Positions 47,707 through 56,967 of a stretch of DNA of 64,000 bases are shown piece by piece. The DNA comes from a virus (lineage: Duplodnaviria; Caudoviricetes), in the IMG/VR virus record IMGVR_UViG_3300032007_000010. The stretch is one strand, 5' to 3'. The notes beneath the pieces were generated by a model. That model saw only the letters and a list, made by a program, of their open reading frames with translations, had not been told where the DNA came from and did no database searches. Position 1 is the stretch's first letter. Each line of letters starts with the position of its first letter. The translations under genes and the position numbers were made by a program.

Positions 47707-48447
47707 CTAAAAATTCTGGATATATCCAACCTGCTGATCTGTCAATCCGTTGACGCTAAGCTGAACTGTGTACAGATAGATTCCGACGAGCCGGGTCTCC
47801 TGGAGAGATATGAAGAACTCGTCGAAGCTCTTCATGTTTAGGAACAGCGATTTGTAGAGTGGTATGCGTATCCGTTTTCCGTTCACCTTGACATCGAAGA
47901 AATAGATCTCCGGTCTGGCAACGGCCAGCTCGTAGAGATTTAGCTTGTTTCCATCGAATTGCAGACAGATTCCACCCGGTTTCACTCGCGAGATCATGGC
48001 ACCATAGGTGTCTTCGATCACCTTGGCCACGGGGTTTGTGGTGGTGATCGGGTAGTCGAGGCTGAGTGTTTCCACGTCAACGAGTTCATCGCGCAGGTAG
48101 AATAGGAACTTCAGGATCGCATGATCGTGTTCGGCTCGGAAATGGAGCTCTTCGCGGAGTTCCTTGGGCTTCACCTTTTCCTTGGAACCCTTCTTAGCCT
48201 CGTTCAGCTTGGCATGACCATTCGAATATGCCGTGCTGATCATCTTCACGTCGAGGAAGAGTGTCTCATCGTAGAAGCTGCCGACATACTCGTCGGTGTC
48301 AGGGATGTGGAGGATGTAGTGCATGCCGATGTCGCTGTCCTCGTCAACGGTGTAGCAATTCATGAGCATTCGATTGTGCATTAAAAACTGATCATAGCGT
48401 GATTTATTCGCTCGCTGGAGCAGTTTAATCAGCGGCTTCGCTTCCAT
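47707..48447 (-). CDS. Hypothetical protein in the DNA polymerase operon
   Basis: GAGGTG RBS. Confidence 0.75.
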   Translation of the reverse strand: MEAKPLIKLLQRANKSRYDQFLMHNRMLMNCYTVDEDSDIGMHYILHIPDTDEYVGSFYDETLFLDVKMISTAYSNGHAKLNEAKKGSKEKVKPKELREELHFRAEHDHAILKFLFYLRDELVDVETLSLDYPITTTNPVAKVIEDTYGAMISRVKPGGICLQFDGNKLNLYELAVARPEIYFFDVKVNGKRIRIPLYKSLFLNMKSFDEFFISLQETRLVGIYLYTVQLSVNGLTDQQVGYIQNF

Positions 48448-48772
48448 TGGTTATCACCTCTTGTTTGTGACGTCTAACGAAATCGTTGTATTCGGCATTG
48501 AGCAAAGCTAGCTGACGGTCGAGGTCGTTGATCACCGCTCGCAGAAACCAGGCCAGCGACTCTCGGTCGAGCTGACCGATCGAGACGGTGTTGGACCTAT
48601 CATCATCCGGCTCCTCATCGTGCCGTGTGGTGCTGAGAAAGAGCTTCTGGGACTTGGAATGATCCATGAGGATCGATCTATAAATATCACAGTAATATCT
48701 ATGTCTTGCTTTGATTCTCATGATCTCCGCCATGGTTATGCGGATCTGTTCCAATGGCTGGTTCGGCATCAT
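48425..48772 (-). CDS. Hypothetical coiled-coil protein
   Basis: GAGGAGG RBS before ATG 48772. Confidence 0.6.
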   Translation of the reverse strand: MMPNQPLEQIRITMAEIMRIKARHRYYCDIYRSILMDHSKSQKLFLSTTRHDEEPDDDRSNTVSIGQLDRESLAWFLRAVINDLDRQLALLNAEYNDFVRRHKQEVITNGSEAAD

Positions 48773-48776
48773 ATGA

Positions 48777-51008
48777 TCAACCCTCCTCACCCAGGTCAAG
48801 TTCCTTGATCCGCTTCTCCGCATCGTCGTAGCTCATACCATCTGCCATCAAATCCACGAGTCTGTTCATCTCATCGGTGAGCGGGAGGTTGAACCATGCC
48901 GCACCGAGAGATAGCCAGTCCTGGGAGATGTAGTCGGATGTGAACTCGGCGCCGGGGATATAATAGCGAGTATCCTCCTTGCGTTTGATCTGTCCGAGCG
49001 GGAGCATGTTCTGATATTTGCTAACCTTGTGCGGAATGATGAGTCTGCCGATCTGAGTTGATCTGGACAGCGATCTCGTATACTTCGCCCAGGGATATTC
49101 TGAGGAATAGTCCTCATCCATGACCTCGTCGAAGAAATGTTTGGAGGGCACACCATCGATGAGCTCGAGTCCATTCGCCGAGTTATTGTTCGGATTTCCC
49201 ACCAAACCGCCCGGCAGCGGAAGCTTACGGTCGATGGAGTCTTCGAACACCGATTGTGCCGCCATGGTTTTCTGCAGAACCTCGGCAGCTTCGGCCTCCA
49301 CCGCATCCTGGACAACGTCATCAACGCTGCCACCGTCCTCGGACAGGACTTCCTCGACCGCAGCATCACCCTCGGCGAGCAGTTCCTCCGCATCATCCTC
49401 GTCCATGCCCATGCGATCGAGCTGGATGCGCAATGCTCTTCGTTTTCTCGCTTCGTTGGCCTTCTCGGCCTCATCATCGGAGCCGAACTGCGTGTAGTTG
49501 ACATTGATGTTGTGACCCGGCACAAATCCTCGACGCATGTATCCGGCATAGTAGATTTGCTTCTGGTATTTGGTCTGTTTGACCAGATGATGCAGCGGGC
49601 ACTGGTGATAGTTCATATCGTAGACCAGGGACATGGTATCATTGGTCACCTGATTGATGAGAACCTGGCACCAGACGTCGCGGATGTTGTAGAGCACGAA
49701 GTTCCAGTAGTCGAGGATGCAGGCGTTGGTGACGTCTATTCCCTTGCGAAACTCCCATTTACCCATGCCGAGTTCAATCTTTGCGATGTTGTCCAGCTTG
49801 TTGGATCCATAGGACTTGCGACCCTTGCGGATGCCAGCATAGTTCTGCATCTGATCAATGTATTGGGTGGTGGATGTCATCCGAATGTATGAATTGCGTT
49901 CGGCGATATCGATAGGTCGGTTGTCGATGTGCCAGTTGATGTGCTGCACCGATTCGTCGAAGAAGTCACCGTCCGACATCTCCTTTATCGGATCCATTCC
50001 GAGATTCTCCATCCGCGCAGCCATCTTCGGCATATCGTATGGCATGTTCCAGAATTCCATGAAATCGGGTTTGTAGCGATTGACGGTCCGGAAGATCTCG
50101 TGGAGGAGCTCCTCCTCGGTATCGAAGAGCCGAATATGATATTCTGCCAGCGTGTCGATGACCTTCTTTTTCCCCTTCTTGATGATGGTTTGATGATCGA
50201 ACTTTTCGTGGCACTCCGCATAGAACTTGTCGAGATTCTTCTCAAAATCCGCCTGCTGGGGGTAGCGCTTGTGGTTGCGCAGCAGATAGGTAAACACCTG
50301 GGTCCCGAGCCTATGATACGGACTCTTCGGATCAAACTGGAATATCATGGTCATGGCATTGACCGGATCGAGGTTCAATGCCTGCTCCGTGGATGTGAGA
50401 CCATAGATGTCATTCTCAATATCCCCGAAGCATATGTCCGTGACCGCGCTCTGCGTCAGATCATAGTGTGTTCCGAGCTGTATCCAATAGTATGAGTCCA
50501 CGGGAATGTCGGCCATGAGCACATAGGGAGTGAGCATGATCTGCTTCCGCATCTTCCAGTTCCCGGTCGCCACGGCATTGTCATATATCTGGCACAGTCG
50601 ATGATCGACGGGATCCGGAAAGGTTCGGATCTCCTTGTACAGTCGGCTCACGATTGCCCTGGCCGGAACCTTGATCGGATAGGTCTTCTCGATCTCGAGA
50701 TACTCGCGCGGCGTGATGAAGTCCTTGCGATACTCTGGTCTCACCGCGTAGAATTCATAGTCAGGATCCTTGATCGCCTGCACATGTTTCTCTCCGTCCG
50801 GTGTGCGATATACGACAAAGAGCTCGTCCTCTTCCTGGACACCGTGACAGCTGAACTTATTGTAGTTCAACACATTGTAGACAGATATGGGGTCGCCCTC
50901 GTGGACGTCCTTCAAAATATTGCGTAATCCGAAATCGACCACTTTCAAAGTCAGATTCCTCCCTTCGTTGGTATATTCTTGTAGTCGAATTTCTCGAAAA
51001 GTAAACAT
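48777..51008 (-). CDS. Family B DNA polymerase, N-terminal half (3'-5' exonuclease plus motif A) of a split polymerase
   Basis: ExoI GDIEND, ExoII WNMPYD, KLD.IA..ELG.GK, ExoIII YNIRD, PGGLV..P, motif A DEDYSSEYP; no motif B or C before the stop. Confidence 0.87.
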   Translation of the reverse strand: MFTFREIRLQEYTNEGRNLTLKVVDFGLRNILKDVHEGDPISVYNVLNYNKFSCHGVQEEDELFVVYRTPDGEKHVQAIKDPDYEFYAVRPEYRKDFITPREYLEIEKTYPIKVPARAIVSRLYKEIRTFPDPVDHRLCQIYDNAVATGNWKMRKQIMLTPYVLMADIPVDSYYWIQLGTHYDLTQSAVTDICFGDIENDIYGLTSTEQALNLDPVNAMTMIFQFDPKSPYHRLGTQVFTYLLRNHKRYPQQADFEKNLDKFYAECHEKFDHQTIIKKGKKKVIDTLAEYHIRLFDTEEELLHEIFRTVNRYKPDFMEFWNMPYDMPKMAARMENLGMDPIKEMSDGDFFDESVQHINWHIDNRPIDIAERNSYIRMTSTTQYIDQMQNYAGIRKGRKSYGSNKLDNIAKIELGMGKWEFRKGIDVTNACILDYWNFVLYNIRDVWCQVLINQVTNDTMSLVYDMNYHQCPLHHLVKQTKYQKQIYYAGYMRRGFVPGHNINVNYTQFGSDDEAEKANEARKRRALRIQLDRMGMDEDDAEELLAEGDAAVEEVLSEDGGSVDDVVQDAVEAEAAEVLQKTMAAQSVFEDSIDRKLPLPGGLVGNPNNNSANGLELIDGVPSKHFFDEVMDEDYSSEYPWAKYTRSLSRSTQIGRLIIPHKVSKYQNMLPLGQIKRKEDTRYYIPGAEFTSDYISQDWLSLGAAWFNLPLTDEMNRLVDLMADGMSYDDAEKRIKELDLGEEG

Positions 51009-51026
51009 GTTCTCCTTTCTCACTTC

Positions 51027-51036
51027 TATAGTATAT
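51027..51036 (-). promoter_or_regulatory. Class E promoter for the DNA polymerase operon
   Basis: ATATACTATA on minus strand. Confidence 0.7.
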
Positions 51037-51062
51037 TTCCGAATTGCTGTCGATACGAAGCT

Positions 51063-51072
51063 ATATACTATA
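51063..51072 (+). promoter_or_regulatory. Class E promoter
   Basis: ATATACTATA. Confidence 0.7.
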
Positions 51073-51145
51073 AACATGAAGTTCAACCCGACGATCGGTT
51101 GGATAAAAGATCGTCAAAACGTATACGTAGAAAGGATGAAAGATA

Positions 51146-53002
51146 ATGGAACTTAGACTCACCAAGAAGGAACTCAGCATCGTGCTCAGGAGCATCGAAA
51201 ATCTCTATGATCACCGGGAGAGGTTTTTCGATGATCGCATCGACCATCTCAGCAAGACGCTCGCTGATCACATCGAAAAGCAAACCGAGAACAACAGACA
51301 GTTCATCGCCGAGCAGGCAGAACTCAACCGGCAGGTCAGCGATGAGATCTCCGGACGCATCGACAGTCTTTCCGAAAAACTTCACACGAGGATCAATGAC
51401 CTCTCGGAGCAGGTAGAGGAAATCGGCAACACCGTCGAGGATATCTACGGAATCGTCGAGGATAACGGCACCTCCGACGACGATGATGACGACGACTATC
51501 CGGACGATGATGACTACTATGTCGAAAAACTCATCTCCGAGAACGGCGAGCTCGTCATCGCAATGGTAACCGATGACAACGAGGACGTCCTTGCCTATGA
51601 TATCATCCGAAACGAGAAAAACGTCCCCGTAGACGACCTCGAAGCCGTTGAGAACTTGTACGACGCGATCGACGATGAAAGGTGCAATGACAGAGTCGAA
51701 CTCTGTGGGTATGACTTCTGCGATGTCGCCGAGGCCTGCGATTTCATGACCGATCTGGCAACAGTTTCGAGGAGAATCGATCAGGATGCGAAGACGGATC
51801 AATATGTGGTCTATCTCGCGAAATTCGATACCAATGATCGCCGGGTCCTGGCCGTTGTTACCAACGATATTGCCGGTGATAGGGCCTTCGTTGTTGTCGG
51901 CTATCGATTCGAGGACGGAGCTTTCGTCGACACCGAGTCTCAGTGCTGTGGTAAAATCCTGAATGGCGTCAACCGTAGCATCACAAAGGCCATCATCGAC
52001 GGTACGGCCATGACACTTCATGTTGGTTGCGAGCGCGAATGCGTAGAAGTGGTCAAGGCGTGGGTCGGGGATTGTCATCTCTCCGATGGCAAAGACGCCG
52101 CATATGGGCTTTATCTCATGGTATCCTCCGATAAGAAGTTCGCGGCGCTGACGGTTGCCGATAACAATGACAAGAATAACGTTATCGAAATGTCCATGAT
52201 GCGCAATGAGACCGACGACGAAATTCGCACCGAGGATCTGATCGCAAAGTTTGGAGATTGGATGGATTCCGACAGCATATCTGGCGCACTCGGCAATTAT
52301 GTCTATCGGATTGGAACCGGAGACCTGGCATCCTGCACCGACATGCTTGTGCGCACAAAGGAGCGCTTTGCGGCATCCAAACCCGATCATTTCGACGAGG
52401 TTTTGGACGAGTACGCAAAGGAATATCCGAGGGTAAACATCGAATTTCCCGACGAGCTCGTTGCCACCCGCTACGGCCTCTATGAATACGACTATCACAC
52501 CAAAAGCAACGGGGACCTGAAGTGTACTTTTATCTATGATGGTGAAACCAATAAGATCACCGACAGCGTTAATCGTCCCGGCAACGTCTCTGTCAAGAAG
52601 TTAGTTTCAATGAGCACGCTCATTCGCAGTTTCCGCGAACTCACAGATGCTCAGGAAAGTTTCTATAACCTGAACCAGATCGACAAGAACGCTCTCGATG
52701 CTTTTGTCAACACCACGAAGCAGAACAGCGAGGCCGTTGTCACCGACGATGCGGCCGATAAGATGTGCGTGCTGTCCATGATCAACGTCGATGCCGGAAA
52801 GGTGTTCTATGTCAGGAACGCCGATGGAGAGATCGTTTCCTACGATGTTGTCCGGCGCAACCCGGATGATCAGCGCGATATCTACGACTTCATCGATGCG
52901 AATGCGTCTGTGGCTGAAGAGTGCGGACGCGAACACGATCCTGACATACTTGAGATCAGGATGCGCATCATGGCAGACGATGCGCGCAAGGAAATCAACT
53001 AA
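51146..53002 (+). CDS. Acidic hypothetical protein with N-terminal coiled coil and an internal repeat
   Basis: 618-aa ORF, AAAGGA RBS. Confidence 0.75.
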   Translation: MELRLTKKELSIVLRSIENLYDHRERFFDDRIDHLSKTLADHIEKQTENNRQFIAEQAELNRQVSDEISGRIDSLSEKLHTRINDLSEQVEEIGNTVEDIYGIVEDNGTSDDDDDDDYPDDDDYYVEKLISENGELVIAMVTDDNEDVLAYDIIRNEKNVPVDDLEAVENLYDAIDDERCNDRVELCGYDFCDVAEACDFMTDLATVSRRIDQDAKTDQYVVYLAKFDTNDRRVLAVVTNDIAGDRAFVVVGYRFEDGAFVDTESQCCGKILNGVNRSITKAIIDGTAMTLHVGCERECVEVVKAWVGDCHLSDGKDAAYGLYLMVSSDKKFAALTVADNNDKNNVIEMSMMRNETDDEIRTEDLIAKFGDWMDSDSISGALGNYVYRIGTGDLASCTDMLVRTKERFAASKPDHFDEVLDEYAKEYPRVNIEFPDELVATRYGLYEYDYHTKSNGDLKCTFIYDGETNKITDSVNRPGNVSVKKLVSMSTLIRSFRELTDAQESFYNLNQIDKNALDAFVNTTKQNSEAVVTDDAADKMCVLSMINVDAGKVFYVRNADGEIVSYDVVRRNPDDQRDIYDFIDANASVAEECGREHDPDILEIRMRIMADDARKEIN

Positions 53003-53037
53003 AAGAACGCCCGGGATTACCCGGGCGTTTCTTTTTA
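53003..53037. terminator. Bidirectional terminator
   Basis: AACGCCCGGG-atta-CCCGGGCGTT plus T-run. Confidence 0.75.
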
Positions 53038-53060
53038 TAGATCCATATGGTATGGTTTTA

Positions 53061-54134
53061 TCACAACGTAAGCATCTTCGCACGACTGGCTGGTCCGAAG
53101 ATCCCATCCGCCGAGAGCCCATACGCTCGCTGCCAATTCATGACACAGGTTCTGGTCCCGGGTCCAAATGAACCGTCACAGAACATTGTCTGGTTCTGTC
53201 CCTTGGTGGCAAAGCCGAGACCATATAGCTGGTACTGGAGCCATTTCACATCATTGCCGGAGTATCCCTTCCTCAGAACCCTGGTCGGAGCCGCATATGG
53301 ATTGGTGCTCACGACAGTTTTCTTCGTGCTAACCGGTATGGTGACAGTTGTGACCGGGGAGACAGGTTGCTCGGTGCCAGATGGACCGAACATCACGATC
53401 GTGTTGATCTGACGATTTTCGGCGGTTTGCATTCTGCTTCCGTTCACATCCATGACGTAGCTCCCGCCACCATCGAGCTTGATCGCGGAGTAGAAACCAT
53501 ATTTCTTGAGCATCCTATAGGCTTCGCCGGAGCTGATCATATTGCCGCTGGTGGAGCGCCATCCGATGATATAGACATTTGTGTCGTTCGGCTTCTTGAT
53601 GGCGAGAATTGTGTGGTATGTTCCATAGAGCTCGGAACCATACCAACCCTGGTTCTTCACATAGTTTGCCCAGCTAACATCGGCTCCGTTTAGCATCAGA
53701 GGAACGCCCATGACAGCGTATTTATAGCTGAGATCCATGGACGTGAGATTGGCGATATTGGCCGCGCCGTTGCGGATGGTAAGCGTGGTGAGAGCTTTGC
53801 CATGAAATTGTTTATTCTGAAAGTTCCAGGCTGTGCCGTCGAACGCCTGCTTTGTTCCATTTCTCGGTCCACGTTCTTTCATATAGTGGTCACACCAGTA
53901 ATCCCTGGCGATAGACGTTTTGAACTGTGGAAGATCCATGTCGCAGACCACGTGACCGATCGGCAGCGTGAAGTGAGCCTTCGGATTGGCTTCGTCATAG
54001 CCCTGGAAAAACGAAGCATTTGCATAGTTCTTTAGACCAGAAACCTTCTTCGGAGCGTTGAGCATCTTGACCTTGAAATCACTGACCGGACAAGTCACAA
54101 TCCAGAGCGTGCTGGAAACCTTTTGCACTTGCAT
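53061..54134 (-). CDS. Phosphodiester glycosidase (NAGPA-like) with C-terminal peptidoglycan-binding domain
   Basis: NASFF, AIKLDGGGS; LRKG..GNDVKWLQ..L..LGF...DG.FGPGT...V..WQ...GL.ADGIFGP. Confidence 0.8.
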   Translation of the reverse strand: MQVQKVSSTLWIVTCPVSDFKVKMLNAPKKVSGLKNYANASFFQGYDEANPKAHFTLPIGHVVCDMDLPQFKTSIARDYWCDHYMKERGPRNGTKQAFDGTAWNFQNKQFHGKALTTLTIRNGAANIANLTSMDLSYKYAVMGVPLMLNGADVSWANYVKNQGWYGSELYGTYHTILAIKKPNDTNVYIIGWRSTSGNMISSGEAYRMLKKYGFYSAIKLDGGGSYVMDVNGSRMQTAENRQINTIVMFGPSGTEQPVSPVTTVTIPVSTKKTVVSTNPYAAPTRVLRKGYSGNDVKWLQYQLYGLGFATKGQNQTMFCDGSFGPGTRTCVMNWQRAYGLSADGIFGPASRAKMLTL

Positions 54135-54167
54135 GAGTAATTATCCTCCTTTATCATAATAAAACAT

Positions 54168-54178
54168 TATACTCATGT
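54168..54178 (-). promoter_or_regulatory. Class L promoter
   Basis: ACA-TGAG-TATA on minus strand. Confidence 0.7.
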
Positions 54179-54226
54179 CAGGATTTTTGGTTCCGTGGAT
54201 TTCCGGAAATGATAACCCGCACCGAT

Positions 54227-54236
54227 ATATACTATA
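54227..54236 (+). promoter_or_regulatory. Class E promoter
   Basis: ATATACTATA. Confidence 0.7.
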
Positions 54237-54297
54237 GATACGAAAGACGATGAATATCTTCCCGACTCTGGGGTCACAAGAGAGAAAGGAAACTATC

Positions 54298-54630
54298 ATG
54301 AGCAAGATTACCTGCGATTCCAAGGTTGTTTGGAATGCGTTCCAGAATCTCTATTCCGGGGATCCTGCACAGACCCTTATTATCCATAACGGAGATGATA
54401 GGTGCGAAATATCAGCAGATTTCATTGAGTGGCTCACCGAGAAGTACCGCTGGTCAATGCCCGAAGATGACGAGACGATCTATGACTTCCTCGAGAAGTT
54501 CTCTGAAAAGAACCCGTCGATGTCCACGTTGCTCCTCCCGTACACAAGGGCAGAGATCGAGAGCGATTCCTTCCGGTCCGTTAGCACCGGTGATTATATC
54601 GAGTGCGATACCATTCACATCTACATCTAA
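54298..54630 (+). CDS. Hypothetical protein
   Basis: AAAGGA RBS before ATG 54298. Confidence 0.7.
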   Translation: MSKITCDSKVVWNAFQNLYSGDPAQTLIIHNGDDRCEISADFIEWLTEKYRWSMPEDDETIYDFLEKFSEKNPSMSTLLLPYTRAEIESDSFRSVSTGDYIECDTIHIYI

Positions 54631-54724
54631 CATATCATCGAGCGGAGAGGAATCGGTCTGTGATAGATCGGTTCCTTTTTAATAGTAAAATTGGAAAGAA
54701 ATTGGTATAAGAGAAAGGATAAGG

Positions 54725-55246
54725 ATGAAGATGAAATATACATCATTTGATCAGAAGATCATCGATGTTTTTAACGATAGTGGGCCAGGGGATTACTACA
54801 AAAAATGCGCCATTGTCGGCAGAAGATGTCGTTGTAGCCCATCCAAGGTTTACAAGGTACTGCAACGTGAAGCACGCACGGAATCCATCAGAACGCAATA
54901 TGGTAAATTCAACATTGCCGAGCTGGATCTGCCGTATCAAATCTTCGATACGCTCGATCGCATTGGGGTCTACAGGATCTATGAGGCTATGAACATGAAC
55001 CTCGACTTTTGGAAGCGATATGTGCGTCTCGGCGACCGTCTGTGGAATGTATTCCAGACAGCACTCAATGAATATTTTGGTCGTTGTGATGATCAGGATC
55101 AGCTAGATGCACTGCTCGCAGAGATGGATGCCGAGTATAAAGTATGGCGCCTGGCGAAAGATCGTATGCCAAAGACCAGTCTGGCCGAGACGATCTCAAT
55201 GATGGCCGCAACTCATCTCATGCTGGGGGATCATCCATATGGATAG
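54725..55246 (+). CDS. HTH plus RNAP alpha-CTD-like domain protein
   Basis: VGRRCRCSPSKVYKVL (HTH-like); IAELDLPYQIFDTLDRIGVYRI...LG..LW..F..AL resembles alpha-CTD. Confidence 0.5.
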   Translation: MKMKYTSFDQKIIDVFNDSGPGDYYKKCAIVGRRCRCSPSKVYKVLQREARTESIRTQYGKFNIAELDLPYQIFDTLDRIGVYRIYEAMNMNLDFWKRYVRLGDRLWNVFQTALNEYFGRCDDQDQLDALLAEMDAEYKVWRLAKDRMPKTSLAETISMMAATHLMLGDHPYG

Positions 55247-55649
55247 ACGATTTTATCACGTGAGTGATCCAAAGAATCTTGGATCCATCCTCGAAAAGGG
55301 TCTGCTTCCACGCATCGGGAAACATTCAAAGATCGCTAGCGAATCCTGTAAGCTGGTCTATCTCTTTGGTTCCAAGGATGATCTCTACGACGCGTTGTTG
55401 ACCTGGCTTGGCGAACTCTACGAAGATAAACCTATTCTCATCATCGAGCTAGATCTTGACCAAGAGAAATATGGTATTCAACTGCGCAGCAATGGATATG
55501 AATGGATTAGCGAAAATCGCATACCACCTGAGACCATCGCTGATTATACCGTCTTCGACAAGAAGGGCTATCGATGCTCGGATATGCACAACCGGACCAT
55601 CGCGAAAAACGCCGGTGGTCGATTTCTGATTACGCAATACTTTAGATGA
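55239..55649 (+). CDS. ADP-ribosyltransferase-fold protein (KptA/Tpt1-like)
   Basis: FYHVS...NL.SIL.KGL.P, VYL, EW.....IPP..I. Confidence 0.6.
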   Translation: MDRRFYHVSDPKNLGSILEKGLLPRIGKHSKIASESCKLVYLFGSKDDLYDALLTWLGELYEDKPILIIELDLDQEKYGIQLRSNGYEWISENRIPPETIADYTVFDKKGYRCSDMHNRTIAKNAGGRFLITQYFR

Positions 55650-55702
55650 AAAAAAAAGAAACCCTCCACCAGGGTTTCTCTTTAGGTTTAACAGTACCCG
55701 GA

Positions 55703-55713
55703 ACAATGATATA
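55703..55713 (+). promoter_or_regulatory. Class L promoter
   Basis: ACA-ATGA-TATA. Confidence 0.7.
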
Positions 55714-55745
55714 ATCATATTTTAATAGGAAAGGAGACATCTCCT

Positions 55746-56951
55746 ATGATCATGTCAGACAAGGTCAGGGACCTCATCCTGAAGATGGATGTGTTCTGCA
55801 CCAAGAAGGGCAAGGACATCTCCGTCACCAAGGAGCTGGTCGGCCTGATCAACGATATCTTCGGCGACAATGCCTTGGATTCCATCTTCGTGAATACCGA
55901 CGACCAGTTCAACATCCCCGATGTGGCGGTGATTCCGCTCTACAACCAAGAGTTCTCGAGCTTCATCATGACCGATGATTTCGCGAACTGCTGCCCCTAT
56001 GGCTACACCATCGAGATCCACCAGCGCGTCTTTGAGAAGCTCAACCCCGAGGAGCTCACGGCGCTGGTGCTCCATGACGTGCTCCAGAATGTCGAATCCT
56101 GCACCGCCAAGCTGCGTCTGCTCACGGCCTACAACAGTGTGTTTTCGAAGTATCGCAACGAGGATGTGCTGGATCTCTTCGACGACATCAGCACCTCCGA
56201 GGTGATGTTCATGATGTTTGTGGACATCTGCTGCAGACCCTTCCGGGTTCCCGCCTCCGAGGCCGAATATGTGGCCACCGATGCGACGCTCAAGGAGCTG
56301 GGCCTCGCCGACGCCTATGACAGCTATCTCCGGAAGGTGCTGCCCATGTCCAACGATACGGTCGAAACTCGCATGGAGACCGAGACCAAGAACGACTATC
56401 GCACCGTGCGCACCATCATCAAATCCTGCATGGATCGTGACATTCGGCATTACTATGCGGTGTTCAAGAACGCGATTCCGCTGGTCAGCCTCGAGAACAT
56501 CTTCGCGGGAAAGACCACCGTGACCTCGCTCGGCTTCATCTCCCGCAAACGTTCGGTGCGCAACCGTCTCGTGGGCAAAGATGGCTCCATGATCAACGAG
56601 GCAGCCGTGCTCAACGAGACCTACATCAACCCCCGCAATGAAGTAGAGTATCGTTTCCAGGTCGACAAGATCATCGCCGACATTCGTTACTGCGAGACCG
56701 AGGCCGAACGCCAGGTGATCCTCATCAAGATCAAGAACCTGGCTCTCAAGTTTACCAAGGTCAAGGGTCTTCTCGAGAAGGATCTCGAGAAAGATTCCAG
56801 CAGTGAGACGCTGAACCACCAGTATACGTTCATCATGAATCTGCTCGATGAGCTCGACATGCTCCGCAAGAAGACCCTGGAACTGGACCTCACTCGGAAA
56901 CCCTACGGTCTCTGGGTGCGAGGCGCTGGTCCCGACGGTTACACTGGTTGA
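55746..56951 (+). CDS. Late/virion protein with degenerate zincin-like motif
   Basis: LNPEELTALVLHDVLQ; INEA and LNET motifs; class L promoter. Confidence 0.65.
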   Translation: MIMSDKVRDLILKMDVFCTKKGKDISVTKELVGLINDIFGDNALDSIFVNTDDQFNIPDVAVIPLYNQEFSSFIMTDDFANCCPYGYTIEIHQRVFEKLNPEELTALVLHDVLQNVESCTAKLRLLTAYNSVFSKYRNEDVLDLFDDISTSEVMFMMFVDICCRPFRVPASEAEYVATDATLKELGLADAYDSYLRKVLPMSNDTVETRMETETKNDYRTVRTIIKSCMDRDIRHYYAVFKNAIPLVSLENIFAGKTTVTSLGFISRKRSVRNRLVGKDGSMINEAAVLNETYINPRNEVEYRFQVDKIIADIRYCETEAERQVILIKIKNLALKFTKVKGLLEKDLEKDSSSETLNHQYTFIMNLLDELDMLRKKTLELDLTRKPYGLWVRGAGPDGYTG

Positions 56952-56967
56952 TGGGAGGAATTATACG

